Assembly: GCA_016712565.1 (NCBI GenBank)
Contig: JADJQU010000033.1
Location: 5,288-69,287 of the forward strand
Reading direction: 5' to 3'
Source of the DNA: Planctomycetota bacterium
GTDB taxonomy: Bacteria; Planctomycetota; UBA1135; GCA-002686595
Length of the DNA: 64,000 nt
A program made the position numbers and the translations under genes. Position 1 is the stretch's first letter. Every line of letters starts with the position of its first letter. Shown here in pieces: positions 48,364 to 58,173 of the stretch. The notes beneath the pieces were generated by a model that worked only from the letters and a program-made list of their open reading frames with translations, had not been told where the DNA came from and did no database searches.

Positions 48364-49617
48364 GTGACGCTCGCACGCGCACTGCTCGGAATCGCCTTCT
48401 TCCTGCTCGCGGCCTGGCTCCTGTCGAGCCACCGCCGGCGCTTCCAGTGGCGGGTGGTGCTCGGCGGCCTCGCGATCCAGCTCCTGATCGCCTTCCTGAT
48501 CCTCAAGACGGGCATCGGCGGCCGCTTCTTCGAGAGCGCGTCCGAGTTCATCACGCGCCTCGTCTCCATGGCGGCGCCCGGCGCCCGTCAAGTGTTCGGC
48601 TCCCTGGCCGACCCGGCGGGCCCCGTGGGTTTCGTGTTCGCCTTCGCGGGCACGGGGCTCGTGGTGATCATCTTCGTCTCGGCCCTGTTCAGCGTGCTCT
48701 ACCACATCGGGCTGATGCAGGTCCTGGTGTGGGCCCTGGCCAAGGTCATGAGCGCCACCATGGGCCTCTCCGGCGGCGAGTCCATGGCCGCCGCCGCCAA
48801 CATCTTCATGGGCCAGACCGAGGCGCCGCTGGTGGTGCGCCCCTACGTCGCGGGGATGACCAACTCCGAGCTCAACGCGCTGATGACCGGCGGTTTCGCC
48901 ACCATCGCGGGCTCGGTCATGGCGGTCTACATGGGGATCCTGGGCCCCGAGATCGCGCCGCACCTGGTGACCGCCAGCGTCATGAGTGCGCCCGCCTCCT
49001 TCGTGATCGCCAAGACCATCCTGCCGGAGACCGAGGCCAGCAGGACCGCGGGCAGGGTCGAACTCAAGATCGAGCGCAATGCCGGCAACCTGATCGAAGC
49101 GGCGGCCAACGGCACCAGCGACGGCCTGAGGCTGTGGCTCAACGTGATGGCGATGCTGATCGCCTTCATCGCGCTGGTGAGTCTGGTCAACTGGCCCCTG
49201 GGTTGGCTCGGCGAGCAGATCGGCGTGGTGGGCCTGAGCCTGGCGAAGATCTTCTCCTGGCTGTTCGCGCCGATCGCCTGGCTGATGGGCGTCGTGGGCT
49301 GGCACGACTGTCAGCTGATGGGGGGGCTGCTCGGCACGCAGGTGTCGGTCAACGAATTCGTGGCCTTCCAGGAACTGCAGAAGGTGCTGCCCTCGAGCGG
49401 CAACGCCGTGGTCTTCGAGAGCGCGCGCTCGGCCAAGATGGCGGCCTACGCCCTGTGCGGCTTCGCCAACTTCTCGTCCATCGGCATCCAACTCGGCGGC
49501 ATCACGGCCCTGGCTCCCGAGCGCAAGGGCGACCTGTCGAGGCTTGCCCTCAAGGCCATGCTGGGTGGAGCCATGGCCTGCTGGATGACGGCCACGGTGG
49601 CGGGGATCTTCCTGTGA
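48364..49617 (+). CDS. nupC: NupC/CNT-family nucleoside transporter
   Basis: GTG start. AAANIFMGQTEAPL, GFATIAGSVMAVY and ALCGFANFSSIGIQLGG. Confidence 0.85.
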   Translation: MTLARALLGIAFFLLAAWLLSSHRRRFQWRVVLGGLAIQLLIAFLILKTGIGGRFFESASEFITRLVSMAAPGARQVFGSLADPAGPVGFVFAFAGTGLVVIIFVSALFSVLYHIGLMQVLVWALAKVMSATMGLSGGESMAAAANIFMGQTEAPLVVRPYVAGMTNSELNALMTGGFATIAGSVMAVYMGILGPEIAPHLVTASVMSAPASFVIAKTILPETEASRTAGRVELKIERNAGNLIEAAANGTSDGLRLWLNVMAMLIAFIALVSLVNWPLGWLGEQIGVVGLSLAKIFSWLFAPIAWLMGVVGWHDCQLMGGLLGTQVSVNEFVAFQELQKVLPSSGNAVVFESARSAKMAAYALCGFANFSSIGIQLGGITALAPERKGDLSRLALKAMLGGAMACWMTATVAGIFL

Positions 49618-50435
49618 GCCGCTCCAGCGCCTCGGAAATCCTCGGGCCCGTGGCGCAGCTCGCCGATGCCATGGCCGGGAAGGGGCTGGAGCGCTTCGAA
49701 CTGGCGCTCGTGCTGGGCTCCGGCCTGGGGGCCTTCGCGGATTCGCTCCAGGACGCCCGCATCGTTCCTTTCGAGGAACTGCAGGGCATGCCGCGCTCCG
49801 CAGTCGCCGGCCACGCGGGTCGCTTCGTGTTGGGCAAGGTCGGCGGCATCCGTGTCCTGGTGCAGCAGGGCCGCGCCCACCTGTACGAGGGCTGGAGTCC
49901 CTTCGACGCCACGCGGGCCGTGCGGGCATTCGCCCACCTGGGCTGCCGCCGCCTCGTGCTCACCAACGCCGCCGGAGGCCTGCACCCTGAATGGAGGGCG
50001 GGCACCCTGGCGCGCATCACCGATCACATCAACCTGCAGGGCCGCACGCCGCTCCTTCAGCGTGAGCGCTCGTCGGGCGCGATCTACGCAGAGGCGTTCG
50101 GCGCGGCCCTGGAACGCGGCGCAGCCGACGCCGGCATCGTGCTCGCCCGCGGCGTCTACTGCGGCTTGCTCGGCCCGAGCTACGAGACGCCGGCCGAAAT
50201 CCGCATGCTGGCGAAGCTGGGCGCCGACCTGGTGGGCATGAGCACGGTGGCCGAGGCCTGCGCCGCCCACGCCGCGGGCATGCAGGTGGCGGGACTTTCC
50301 CTGGTCACCAACCAGGCCGCGGGCATCAGCCCGACGAAGCTCGACCACCAGGAAGTGATCGCCGCGGGCAAGGCCGCCGCCTTGAACGTTCAACGCCTCC
50401 TGACCGCCGCCACGCCGCACCTGGCCCGGGCCTGA
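49614..50435 (+). CDS. purine nucleoside phosphorylase (trimeric PNP/PunA type)
   Basis: GHAGRFVLGKVGG, QGRAHLYEG, GPSYETPAE and GADLVGMSTV. GTGA overlap with nupC. Confidence 0.85.
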   Translation: MSRSSASEILGPVAQLADAMAGKGLERFELALVLGSGLGAFADSLQDARIVPFEELQGMPRSAVAGHAGRFVLGKVGGIRVLVQQGRAHLYEGWSPFDATRAVRAFAHLGCRRLVLTNAAGGLHPEWRAGTLARITDHINLQGRTPLLQRERSSGAIYAEAFGAALERGAADAGIVLARGVYCGLLGPSYETPAEIRMLAKLGADLVGMSTVAEACAAHAAGMQVAGLSLVTNQAAGISPTKLDHQEVIAAGKAAALNVQRLLTAATPHLARA

Positions 50436-50503
50436 CGAGAAACGTCCTTCGGCGGCGGTTCGGCGTGAATGTCGCCGGGCAGATCGCGTAGGAACTCCGC
50501 ATC

Positions 50504-50821
50504 ATGATCCTGACCACCACTCCCAGCGTCGAAGGCCATCCCATTCGCGAGTACAAGGGCATCGTCACCGGCGAGGCGATCCTGGGCGCGAACGTCTTCA
50601 AGGACCTGTTTGCCGGCATCCGCGACCTGGTCGGCGGCCGCTCGGGCACGTACGAGAAGGAGCTGGGCCGCGCGCGGCAGATCGCCCTGGACGAGCTGCA
50701 GCAGGCGGCCCGCGAGAAGGGCGCCAACGCCGTGGTGGGCATCGACCTCGACTACGAAGTGCTGGGCCAGTCCAACGGAATGCTGATGGTGACCGCCAGC
50801 GGCACGGCGGTCGTGGTTTGA
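50504..50821 (+). CDS. YbjQ/UPF0145 family protein
   Basis: Full-length match by eye to the YbjQ pattern ([33 protein letters not shown]...[13 protein letters not shown]). Confidence 0.85.
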   Translation: MILTTTPSVEGHPIREYKGIVTGEAILGANVFKDLFAGIRDLVGGRSGTYEKELGRARQIALDELQQAAREKGANAVVGIDLDYEVLGQSNGMLMVTASGTAVVV

Positions 50822-50846
50822 GGCGCAGCGTCGCTACGATCGGGGG

Positions 50847-51434
50847 ATGAACGTCGAACCGATCGTGCTCCAGGGGCGCGGCCTGCGGCTGGAACCCCTG
50901 GCCGCGCGCCATGCCGCGGACCTTGCGCGGGCCGCCGAGCCGGAGATCTTTCGCTACCTGCTCGACTCACCGGCGGTGTTCGGCGACGTGGCCGCGACCG
51001 AGGCCTACATCGAACGGCAACGGGCGGGCGCGGACCGCGTGCCCTTCGCCATCGTCGATCTGGCGAGCGCACGTGCGGTCGGCAGCACGTCCTACATGAC
51101 GATTCGTCCGCGCCACCGCGGGCTCGAGATCGGTCACACGTGGCTCGCGCGCTCGGCCCAGGGGACGCACGTGAATCCGGAGGCCAAGTTCCTGCTGTTG
51201 CGCCACGCCTTCGAGCGCCTGGATTGCCTGCGCGTCGAGCTGAAGACCGACGGCCGCAACGCGCAGAGTCAACGGGCGATGACACGGCTCGGCTGCGTGC
51301 GCGAGGGCGTGCTGCGGCGCCACATGGTGCTGCCCGACGGCTTCGTGCGCGACACGGTCATGTTCAGCCTGCTGGCCGAGGAGTGGCCGAAGGTCCGCGA
51401 GCAACTGACCGCGCGCCTCGGCTACGCCCCCTGA
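50847..51434 (+). CDS. GNAT family N-acetyltransferase
   Basis: LEIGHTWLARSAQGTHVNPEAKFLLLRHAFE and NAQSQRAMTRLGCVREG. Confidence 0.8.
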   Translation: MNVEPIVLQGRGLRLEPLAARHAADLARAAEPEIFRYLLDSPAVFGDVAATEAYIERQRAGADRVPFAIVDLASARAVGSTSYMTIRPRHRGLEIGHTWLARSAQGTHVNPEAKFLLLRHAFERLDCLRVELKTDGRNAQSQRAMTRLGCVREGVLRRHMVLPDGFVRDTVMFSLLAEEWPKVREQLTARLGYAP

Positions 51435-51814
51435 AGCGGTGAGCGCTGGAAGTGCACGTGGCGCCAGGCGTCCCCCTGGCGGCGCCAGACGCGAGTTTCG
51501 GCGCTGGCGACGGTCTTGGGGCGGCCGTCCTCGAGCTTCTGCACCAGTCGCACATAGGCCACCACGGCCAAGTCACCGGCGAGGTGCACCACCGGCTGGG
51601 TGAGCGTCGTCTGGCGCGCGCCGGGGGAGCGCGGCAGGTCGAAATAGAACTTGTGGAAGTCGAGGCCGCGCACGATCTGGGCCGGGGCCTCGGGTTCGAT
51701 CGCCGTCATGCCGGGGTCGCAGAGGCGGACGTAGGTCGGCCAGTCGCCGGCGGAAATCGCTTCCAACAGTTGGCGGCTGAGTGCGAGCAGCTCGGATTCG
51801 ATGTCCTGTTTCAT
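51422..51814 (-). CDS. CaMKII-association-domain-like / SnoaL (NTF2-fold) protein
   Basis: DWPTYVRLCDPGMTAIEPEAPAQIVRGLDFHKFYFD closely follows the CaMKII_AD/DUF4440 pattern. Confidence 0.75.
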   Translation of the reverse strand: MKQDIESELLALSRQLLEAISAGDWPTYVRLCDPGMTAIEPEAPAQIVRGLDFHKFYFDLPRSPGARQTTLTQPVVHLAGDLAVVAYVRLVQKLEDGRPKTVASAETRVWRRQGDAWRHVHFQRSPLQGA

Positions 51815-52010
51815 GCGGTGAGCCTAACGCGCAGTGAACCGTTAGCGAAATTGCCCGATCTCGGGCAGGCGAAGACCCTGAAGCTGCGATGTCCGCCGCA
51901 AGCGCCGCGTGCGCCCCTTTGTCCCCGTGGAGGATCGTCCTCGACAACGCCACAGGACATCGACGGCTGATCCTGCGGGATTGGTGTCGTCGCGTGAGGT
52001 TTCTGCTCGA

Positions 52011-53156
52011 CTACAGCTTCGAGAAAATCCGGTACCCGACTTGGTTGTGGGGCGCGTTCACGATGCGTACCCAGACCATGACATAGACCGCGAGTCCGCG
52101 CACGGTCACCGGCAGAACCCGCGGCGAGTGATCGGTCCGGCCCACGTCTGGACTCAACAGTCTCGCCTTGGCTGGGTAGAGCGCGCGCTCGCTGGCCAGC
52201 ACGCTGACGATGTCGGCCGCTGGATCGCCCAAGCCGGTAGTCGACCAGGCCAGATGCAGCCGATTCTGATGGTCGAAGAACGGCGCTGGCACGAAATCAT
52301 GGACATCGTCGAGGGGCTGATGGGTCACTTGGTCGACGGTCCAATGCTCGGCGTCACTCGACTCGGCGTAGAAGACGTCCGTCGTCGGATCCAGAGCGTC
52401 CCCGGTGGCACCCACCTGCCAGCGATCGAGCGTGGCGGCGAATCGACTCGGGGCGAGCATCACGACCGTCGGAAACTGCGTGTGCTCGGTGGATGCCTGC
52501 AGCGAGGGCACGGGCAGAGGTGTATCCCAAGTCGCGCCCTGGTCGCTGGACTTGGCCATCACGACGTCGTTGACGCCCGGGAAGACCCGCGTGCTGGAGC
52601 CGAAGTAGATCCGCAGATCGTCCGGCGCCAAGCGAACCAGATGGGGAAAGCGATCGAAGTTCTGCCCGCTGGTCACCGGCACCTCAACGGCTGAAACCCA
52701 ACCTGAGGGCGTGCCGTCGCACTTCAAGTAATGGATGTGACACTCGTTGGCGAGGTTCCAGCGATGCCACGCAACGTGGATCGTGCCATCCGCGTCTACG
52801 AGCAGCGCCGGGTAGTTGTCCCCTCGCGTGGGTGGCGGATAGGACAGTGGGTCCAGGTGCGTGATCTGAATCGGCTGGGTCCAGGCGATCGAAGCCTGGT
52901 CGAGGTCGATCGCCGTGGAGTGGACGTAGTACAGGTCTTTCGTCCCGTCGCGGTCCGAAAACCAGACCAGATGGATCGTGCCGTTCGCATCGAGCACCGC
53001 CGCAGGGTCATCGTCCTCCCCGTTCAAATTGTCTGTGGTGAGATACCTGAACGTGCCGTCGATGGCGTTCTCGCCGGAACCCCCGGATTGGGGGCAAGCG
53101 CACAGCCAAGCTGCGGCGAACGTCGCAAGCGCTCGTGTCGAGTACTCGGTGGCCAT
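52011..53156 (-). CDS. BNR/sialidase-like beta-propeller lipoprotein (hypothetical)
   Basis: Lipobox WLCAC. Repeated S-x-D-x-G-x-T-W-like motifs (SSDQGATWD, FSDRDGTKD, DADGTIHVAW). Visibly lower GC (~58-60% in sampled stretches) than the flanks. Confidence 0.65.
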   Translation of the reverse strand: MATEYSTRALATFAAAWLCACPQSGGSGENAIDGTFRYLTTDNLNGEDDDPAAVLDANGTIHLVWFSDRDGTKDLYYVHSTAIDLDQASIAWTQPIQITHLDPLSYPPPTRGDNYPALLVDADGTIHVAWHRWNLANECHIHYLKCDGTPSGWVSAVEVPVTSGQNFDRFPHLVRLAPDDLRIYFGSSTRVFPGVNDVVMAKSSDQGATWDTPLPVPSLQASTEHTQFPTVVMLAPSRFAATLDRWQVGATGDALDPTTDVFYAESSDAEHWTVDQVTHQPLDDVHDFVPAPFFDHQNRLHLAWSTTGLGDPAADIVSVLASERALYPAKARLLSPDVGRTDHSPRVLPVTVRGLAVYVMVWVRIVNAPHNQVGYRIFSKL

Positions 53157-53287
53157 CGAATCCCATCCTAACGACCTAGCGTGCTGGCCGAGTCAAGCCC
53201 ACGGCACCTGGTGCGGACGACCGGGGAAGGTCCGGTGTCGTCGGCTCCGGAGGAACGCGCGGGCCTCTTCCGCGCTATCCTCTCCCG

Positions 53288-53842
53288 ATGGCCCTCTCCG
53301 CCACGATCCATCGTTTCGACATCGAGCTCGCCGACAGCGACCGGGGCGTCTACGAGACCCTGGAGTTGCGGGTCGCCCGGCATCCCTCGGAAGGTGCCGC
53401 CTTCCTCTTGGTGCGCGTGCTGGCGTACTGCCTGGAGTACGAGGAGGGCATCGTCTTCTCCAAGGGCGGCATCAGCACGGTGGACGAGCCCGCCATCTCG
53501 GTCTGCGATCTGACGGGCATGCGCCGCGTCTGGATCGAGGTCGGGCTGCCCTCGGCGGATCGCCTGCACCGGGCCTCCAAGGCCACGCCGCGCGTGGCGC
53601 TCTACACCGACCGGCGGCCGGACATCCTGCGCACTTCGCTCGCCGGCGAGCGCATCCACCGCGCCGAGGAGATCCTGGTCACGAGCTTTCCCCCGGCCTT
53701 CCTGCGCGGTCTCGAAAAGCACCTGGACCGAAACGTGCGCTGGAGCGTCTCGCTCTCGGACGGGCATCTCTACGTCACGGCGGGCGGCGAGTCGTTCGAC
53801 ACGGAGGTCCGCGCCGAACCACTGCGCCCCGCCGCGGGCTGA
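53288..53842 (+). CDS. YaeQ family protein
   Basis: MALSATIHRFDIELADSDRGVYE...LRVARHPSE...LVRVLAYCLEYEEG follows the YaeQ pattern. Confidence 0.85.
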   Translation: MALSATIHRFDIELADSDRGVYETLELRVARHPSEGAAFLLVRVLAYCLEYEEGIVFSKGGISTVDEPAISVCDLTGMRRVWIEVGLPSADRLHRASKATPRVALYTDRRPDILRTSLAGERIHRAEEILVTSFPPAFLRGLEKHLDRNVRWSVSLSDGHLYVTAGGESFDTEVRAEPLRPAAG

Positions 53843-53965
53843 GGAAGGGTGGAAGGCCCGAGTCGAAGGCCCCCGACTCCGACCCGCTCAACTCCACGCC
53901 CGTGCCGGCCTGCCCGGGTCGTGGAGACAGACCTTCGGCGGGCCCGGGTCCGCGCCGAGTCGACC

Positions 53966-56122
53966 TCAGTTCTCCACCACGTACTCCAGAGCGTTGGAAA
54001 GTTGCGTGCTGTTCGGCGCGGCAAGTCCCGGATCGCGGCCCCAGAACTGGCATTGCACGACGCTGCCGGGGACGCCTAGGAAGCTCGCCGGATTGCCGCC
54101 CAGGGCCCCCGCGCGGAAAGCGTTCAGGTCCACCGCGAACACGCCGCTGCAATCGGCCGCGGGCAACCCGGTCCCTCCGCTGTTGAGCCCCTGCACGCGG
54201 CGCAATGGGCCGTTGAGGCACAGGAGGCCGCCGGAGAACGGCAGGCTTGCGCGGCCGCTGTTGCCGTAGAGCAGGATCCCCACCTTCTGATTGCGGACCT
54301 GGAGCGAGCGCACGACGAAACCGGAGGCAGCCGAGGCCGAGGGCGTGCCGGAGGCCTCGATCGCGGGCGTGCAGCCGAGCGAATTGACCTTCCCCGCGCA
54401 GTAGATCGCCGGAGCACAGTCCGAGACGCGCTCGATCACATAGGGCACGCGACCTGGGAGCGCCGCCGAACCCACCATGACCGTGCGGCCACCGGCGGAA
54501 TCGGACCGGCCGGCGGTGGCCCACGGGTCGCAGCCCGCGACATTCTCGAGCTCCCAGGCCGTCCCATCCTAATGCCACAGGCCCAGTCGCAAGTCGCTGG
54601 AACTCGCTCCATCGAAGGCCGCGGGGTAGCTCCCGGGCGGCGGCGTGGCGTTCGACCAGCTCGAGCCGTCCCAGTGCTGCAGAACCCCGACGTAACCGGA
54701 GTTGTCGAGCGCCTCGCCCACCGCCCACACGTCATCCGTTCGGAAGGCGATCACGTCGTGGAGCCGCTGCTGGAATCCGACGAGCGGACTCGCGACGCGC
54801 GACCAGCTCGACCCGTCCCAGTGCAGAATGTAGGGGTAGCTGGAGAGATCGCCGTCCCCGCCGCCGCCCACGGCCCACACATCGTTGGGCGCGACGCCGT
54901 CCACGGCCTCCAAGCCCTGTTCGGCATTGGGTTGGGCGGCCGGCGTGGGCACCAGGGTGAACGAGCTGCCGTCCCAGTGCATGGCGAGAGCCGGCTGCAG
55001 GCTCTGCAATCCTGGATAGGGCCCAACCCATTCGCCGACGAACCACACGTCGTTGGAGGCAAAGGCCTTCAGGCCGGAAATGCGCGAGCCCGAATACCCG
55101 GCGCCCGTGCTCGTCGGCGGCAGGGGCGTGGCGGCCGTCGTCCAGGCAGTTCCGTCCCAGTGGTCCGCGCGGATCTGGTGGCCGACCCAACCGCCCGGCA
55201 CGACCACCACATGGGAGCCCGCGGCCCACAGGTCGTCCGGTCCAGCGGCCTCCAGGGCCTCCAGGGTGGTGCGCGACCCGAAATTCCCAAGGGGCGGCGC
55301 GGGAGGCAGGTTCACGATCGACCAGGACGCACCGTCGTGGTGCAGGGCGAACGGATAGCTGTTGAGGCTCTGGCCCGACTGGGTGGAGCTGTTGCCCAAC
55401 GCCCAGACGTCGTCGGGCGCCAGGACCTTCACGTCCACGAGGCCCGCGTCGTTGCCTGGGGTGGGAACCGCGCTCGAACTCCACTCGCTGCATTGCGGGC
55501 CGGAGTCGCCGTAGAGCACGAAGTCGACGTCCGCGTGCACGGTCGAGCCGAACGGCGGCGTGTACAAGGACCAGGGCGTGCCGCTGGAGTTGTTCTGACG
55601 CACCCAGCCCGTGGAGAGGCGCGGCGCGTTGAAGTTGCACTGCCACGGATCCCACGAACCGTAGGTCGTGAAATCCAATTGCACCGAGACGAAGTGCAGC
55701 CCGCTCGCCACGAACGCCGTGGGAAGCTCCACCTCGACTCCCGAGGGGCGCGGCTCGACTCCCACGCGCGGGTCGTTGCCTGCGACGGAGGTGGCGGCCT
55801 GGAGCACCCCCGGCCCCGCCGGGGTCCACTCGTAGAAGCGCACCCACACGCCGTCGATGGGCGTGGGTGAGCCGGTGGGCCCGCCGTTGAAGCCGCTGAC
55901 GTAGATGCGCGTCACGCGGCCGCTGAAGTCGAAGTCGTCGGCGACCTCGCGCTCAAAGGCGAAGGTGGGGCTCGAATTGATGTAGGAGGCGCCCCAGGTG
56001 TCGTTGTTGAACGTGCCCGAGGGCCAGGCCGTGACGCAGTCGGCTCGGACTCCGGAGGCGAGGCCCCCTGAGATCAGGGAAGCGAGGAGCCAGGGGGTGG
56101 CGGACAGGGCGGAGTGCTTCAT
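53966..56122 (-). pseudogene. secreted HWDG/DVWAVG-repeat (propeller-like) protein with shared 4-Cys C-terminal domain; one in-frame TAG at 54569-54571
   Basis: Signal peptide MKHSALSATPWLLASLISGGLASGVRA. Six H(W/H)DGxxW repeats. The frame continues through TAG (LGLWH*DGTAWELENV...) into the C-terminal domain (53966-54403, begins YCAGKVNSLGC). Confidence 0.75.
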
Positions 56123-56299
56123 CGGAAGTGGCCTGGGGCTGAGCGGGTGGGCGGTGCACTCCCGCCGTGCAAGTTCCGTTCCAGCCAGGGAGGGCCGGCG
56201 GGTCGGGCCGCCTTCCCGCCTGGCTGGTCCCGAGGCCCGCCCCGGGCCCTGATCGGGCGGGCCCCCATCCAATTCCTGGACGTCCGTCGCCGGGGAGGC

Positions 56300-57943
56300 T
56301 CAGCCCTTGGCGTCGCGCACGATCACGCCGTGGGCGGTCTCGGCGAGCACGTAGTCGGGCAGCAGCTTCGCCGTGGACCGGATGGCCCACTCGCCGTCGA
56401 ACAGGATCACCCAGCGGCCGCGCGCGTCCTGGGTGATCAGCCCGGTGTAGGCCGTCTCCAGGGCCTCCATTTTCACCGGGCCGCCGTCCTTGCGCGTGAC
56501 CCAGCGCGCGAACTGGTAGGGCACGGGGTCGAAGCGCATCTCGACGTTGTACTCGCTCTTCAGGCGGTACTTGACCACTTCCATCTGCAGCTGGCCCACC
56601 GCGCCCATGATGAAGTCGCCCGCCGGGGCGTCGGGTCGCCGATAGACCTGGATCGTGCCCTCCTGGCTGAGCTGCTCGATGCCGCGCACGAGCTGCTTCC
56701 GCTTGCCCGGGTCGAGCATGATCACGCGCGCGAAGTGCTCGGGGGCGAAGCTCGGAATGTCCTCGAACTCGAACTTCGATCCCGCCGTGAGCGTGTCGCC
56801 GATCTCGAACACGCCGGGGTCGTGGATGCCGATCACGTCGCCGGCGAAGGCCTCGTCGATGATCGTGCGCTCCTGGGCCATGAATTGTGTCGGCTTCGCC
56901 AGGCGCAGCTCGCGGCCCGAGCGCACGTGCAGGGCCTTCATGCCGCGCTCGAATCGGCCGGAGCAGATGCGCAGGAAGGCCATGCGGTCGCGGTGCGCGC
57001 GGTCCATGTTGGCCTGGATCTTGAACACGAAGCCCGAGAACTCCTCGTTCGCGGGCTCGAGCATGCCCGCGCTGGTGGATCGTTCGCGCGGGGGCGGCAT
57101 CAGCTCGACGAAGCTGTCGAGAAAGGCCGCCAGGCCGAAGTTGTTGATCGCGCTGCCGAAGAACATCGGCGACAGCTCGCCCTTTTCGAAGCGCGCGCGG
57201 TCGAACTCGTCGCCGGCCGCGTCGAGCAGCTCGGTGTCGTGTCGCAGTTGCGCGTAGCCGGCCGGGCCCAGTTCCTCTTCGAGCAGCGGATCCTCGAGTC
57301 CGCTGATCGCCACCGGCGGCTTCTCCGCGCCCTGCTTGGCGCTCGACAGGGCGTAGGCCTCGTCGAACAGGTGCACGTTCTTGTCGAAGCGGTGGTAGAC
57401 GCCGCGGAAGCGGCCGTCGCGGTAGATCGGCCAGGTCACCGGGTAGACGCCGATTTCGAGCACGTGCTCCACCTCGCCCACGAGCGCGAAGGGCTCGCGT
57501 CCGTAGCGGTCGAGCTTGTTGACGAAGGTGAAGATCGGGATCGCCCGCTCACGGCAGACGCGGAACAGCTTGCGGGTCTGGCTCTCGACGCCCTTGGCGC
57601 AGTCCAGCAGCATCACTGCGCCGTCGACCGCGTGCAGCGTGCGGTAGGTGTCCTCGCTGAAGTCGGCGTGGCCCGGCGTGTCCAGCAGGTTCATCTGCCG
57701 GCCGGCGTGGGGGAACTGCAGCACGCTGGTGGTGATCGAGATGCCGCGCTCGCGCTCCATCTCCATCCAATCGCTGACGGCGTTGGAGCGGCCGCGCTTG
57801 GCGTGCACCGCGCCGGCGAGATGGATCACGCCGCCGTAGAGCAGGAGCTTCTCGGTCAGCGTCGTCTTGCCCGCGTCGGGGTGCGAGATGATCGCGAAGG
57901 TGCGGCGCCGCGCGACTTCGCGGGCGAGTTGATCGGCGCTCAT
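56300..57943 (-). CDS. prfC: peptide chain release factor 3
   Basis: GTPase motifs AIISHPDAGKTT, DTPGHADF and NKLD. RF3-specific FGSAINNFG. Full length (547 aa). Confidence 0.95.
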   Translation of the reverse strand: MSADQLAREVARRRTFAIISHPDAGKTTLTEKLLLYGGVIHLAGAVHAKRGRSNAVSDWMEMERERGISITTSVLQFPHAGRQMNLLDTPGHADFSEDTYRTLHAVDGAVMLLDCAKGVESQTRKLFRVCRERAIPIFTFVNKLDRYGREPFALVGEVEHVLEIGVYPVTWPIYRDGRFRGVYHRFDKNVHLFDEAYALSSAKQGAEKPPVAISGLEDPLLEEELGPAGYAQLRHDTELLDAAGDEFDRARFEKGELSPMFFGSAINNFGLAAFLDSFVELMPPPRERSTSAGMLEPANEEFSGFVFKIQANMDRAHRDRMAFLRICSGRFERGMKALHVRSGRELRLAKPTQFMAQERTIIDEAFAGDVIGIHDPGVFEIGDTLTAGSKFEFEDIPSFAPEHFARVIMLDPGKRKQLVRGIEQLSQEGTIQVYRRPDAPAGDFIMGAVGQLQMEVVKYRLKSEYNVEMRFDPVPYQFARWVTRKDGGPVKMEALETAYTGLITQDARGRWVILFDGEWAIRSTAKLLPDYVLAETAHGVIVRDAKG

Positions 57944-58173
57944 GGTGGTCGGTGCGGCCCCGCCGACCTAGCGTGGCCAGGGTGGCCGGGGTGGAGGGGC
58001 GGGGCGAGAAGGAAGTGCCCGCGCGGCCGCGGGCCAGCCCTTGCGTCGGGGAGGCCGGGCCCAGGGCCGCGGGCCCCGGTTTCGCGGCGGAGTCGGCGCC
58101 GCCTTGGCGGGCAAAGAGTGTCGGCAGGACCCGCGCGGTCGTCAAGGCTCCGGGCCGCTACAATCCCGCGCCC

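Noticed and set aside
45719-48382. 887-aa minus-strand ORF antisense to deoA and the MlaA-fusion gene
   Set aside because: Same GC-driven artefact. There are no motifs, and the opposite strand encodes well-conserved proteins.
53966-54478. 170-aa ORF as a stand-alone gene encoding only the shared C-terminal domain
   Set aside because: The frame is open and protein-like upstream of its ATG, all the way back to the TAG at 54569-54571. It continues the repeat pattern of the upstream ORF. The fragment would also lack a signal peptide although the domain is Cys-rich and extracytoplasmic-looking.
54569-54571. TAG reassigned as a sense codon genome-wide
   Set aside because: TAG terminates several well-delimited genes at their expected ends in this window: the giant gene (4831-4833), GNAT (5860-5862), DinB (13415-13417), the methyltransferase (13592-13594) and the small protein (43803-43805).
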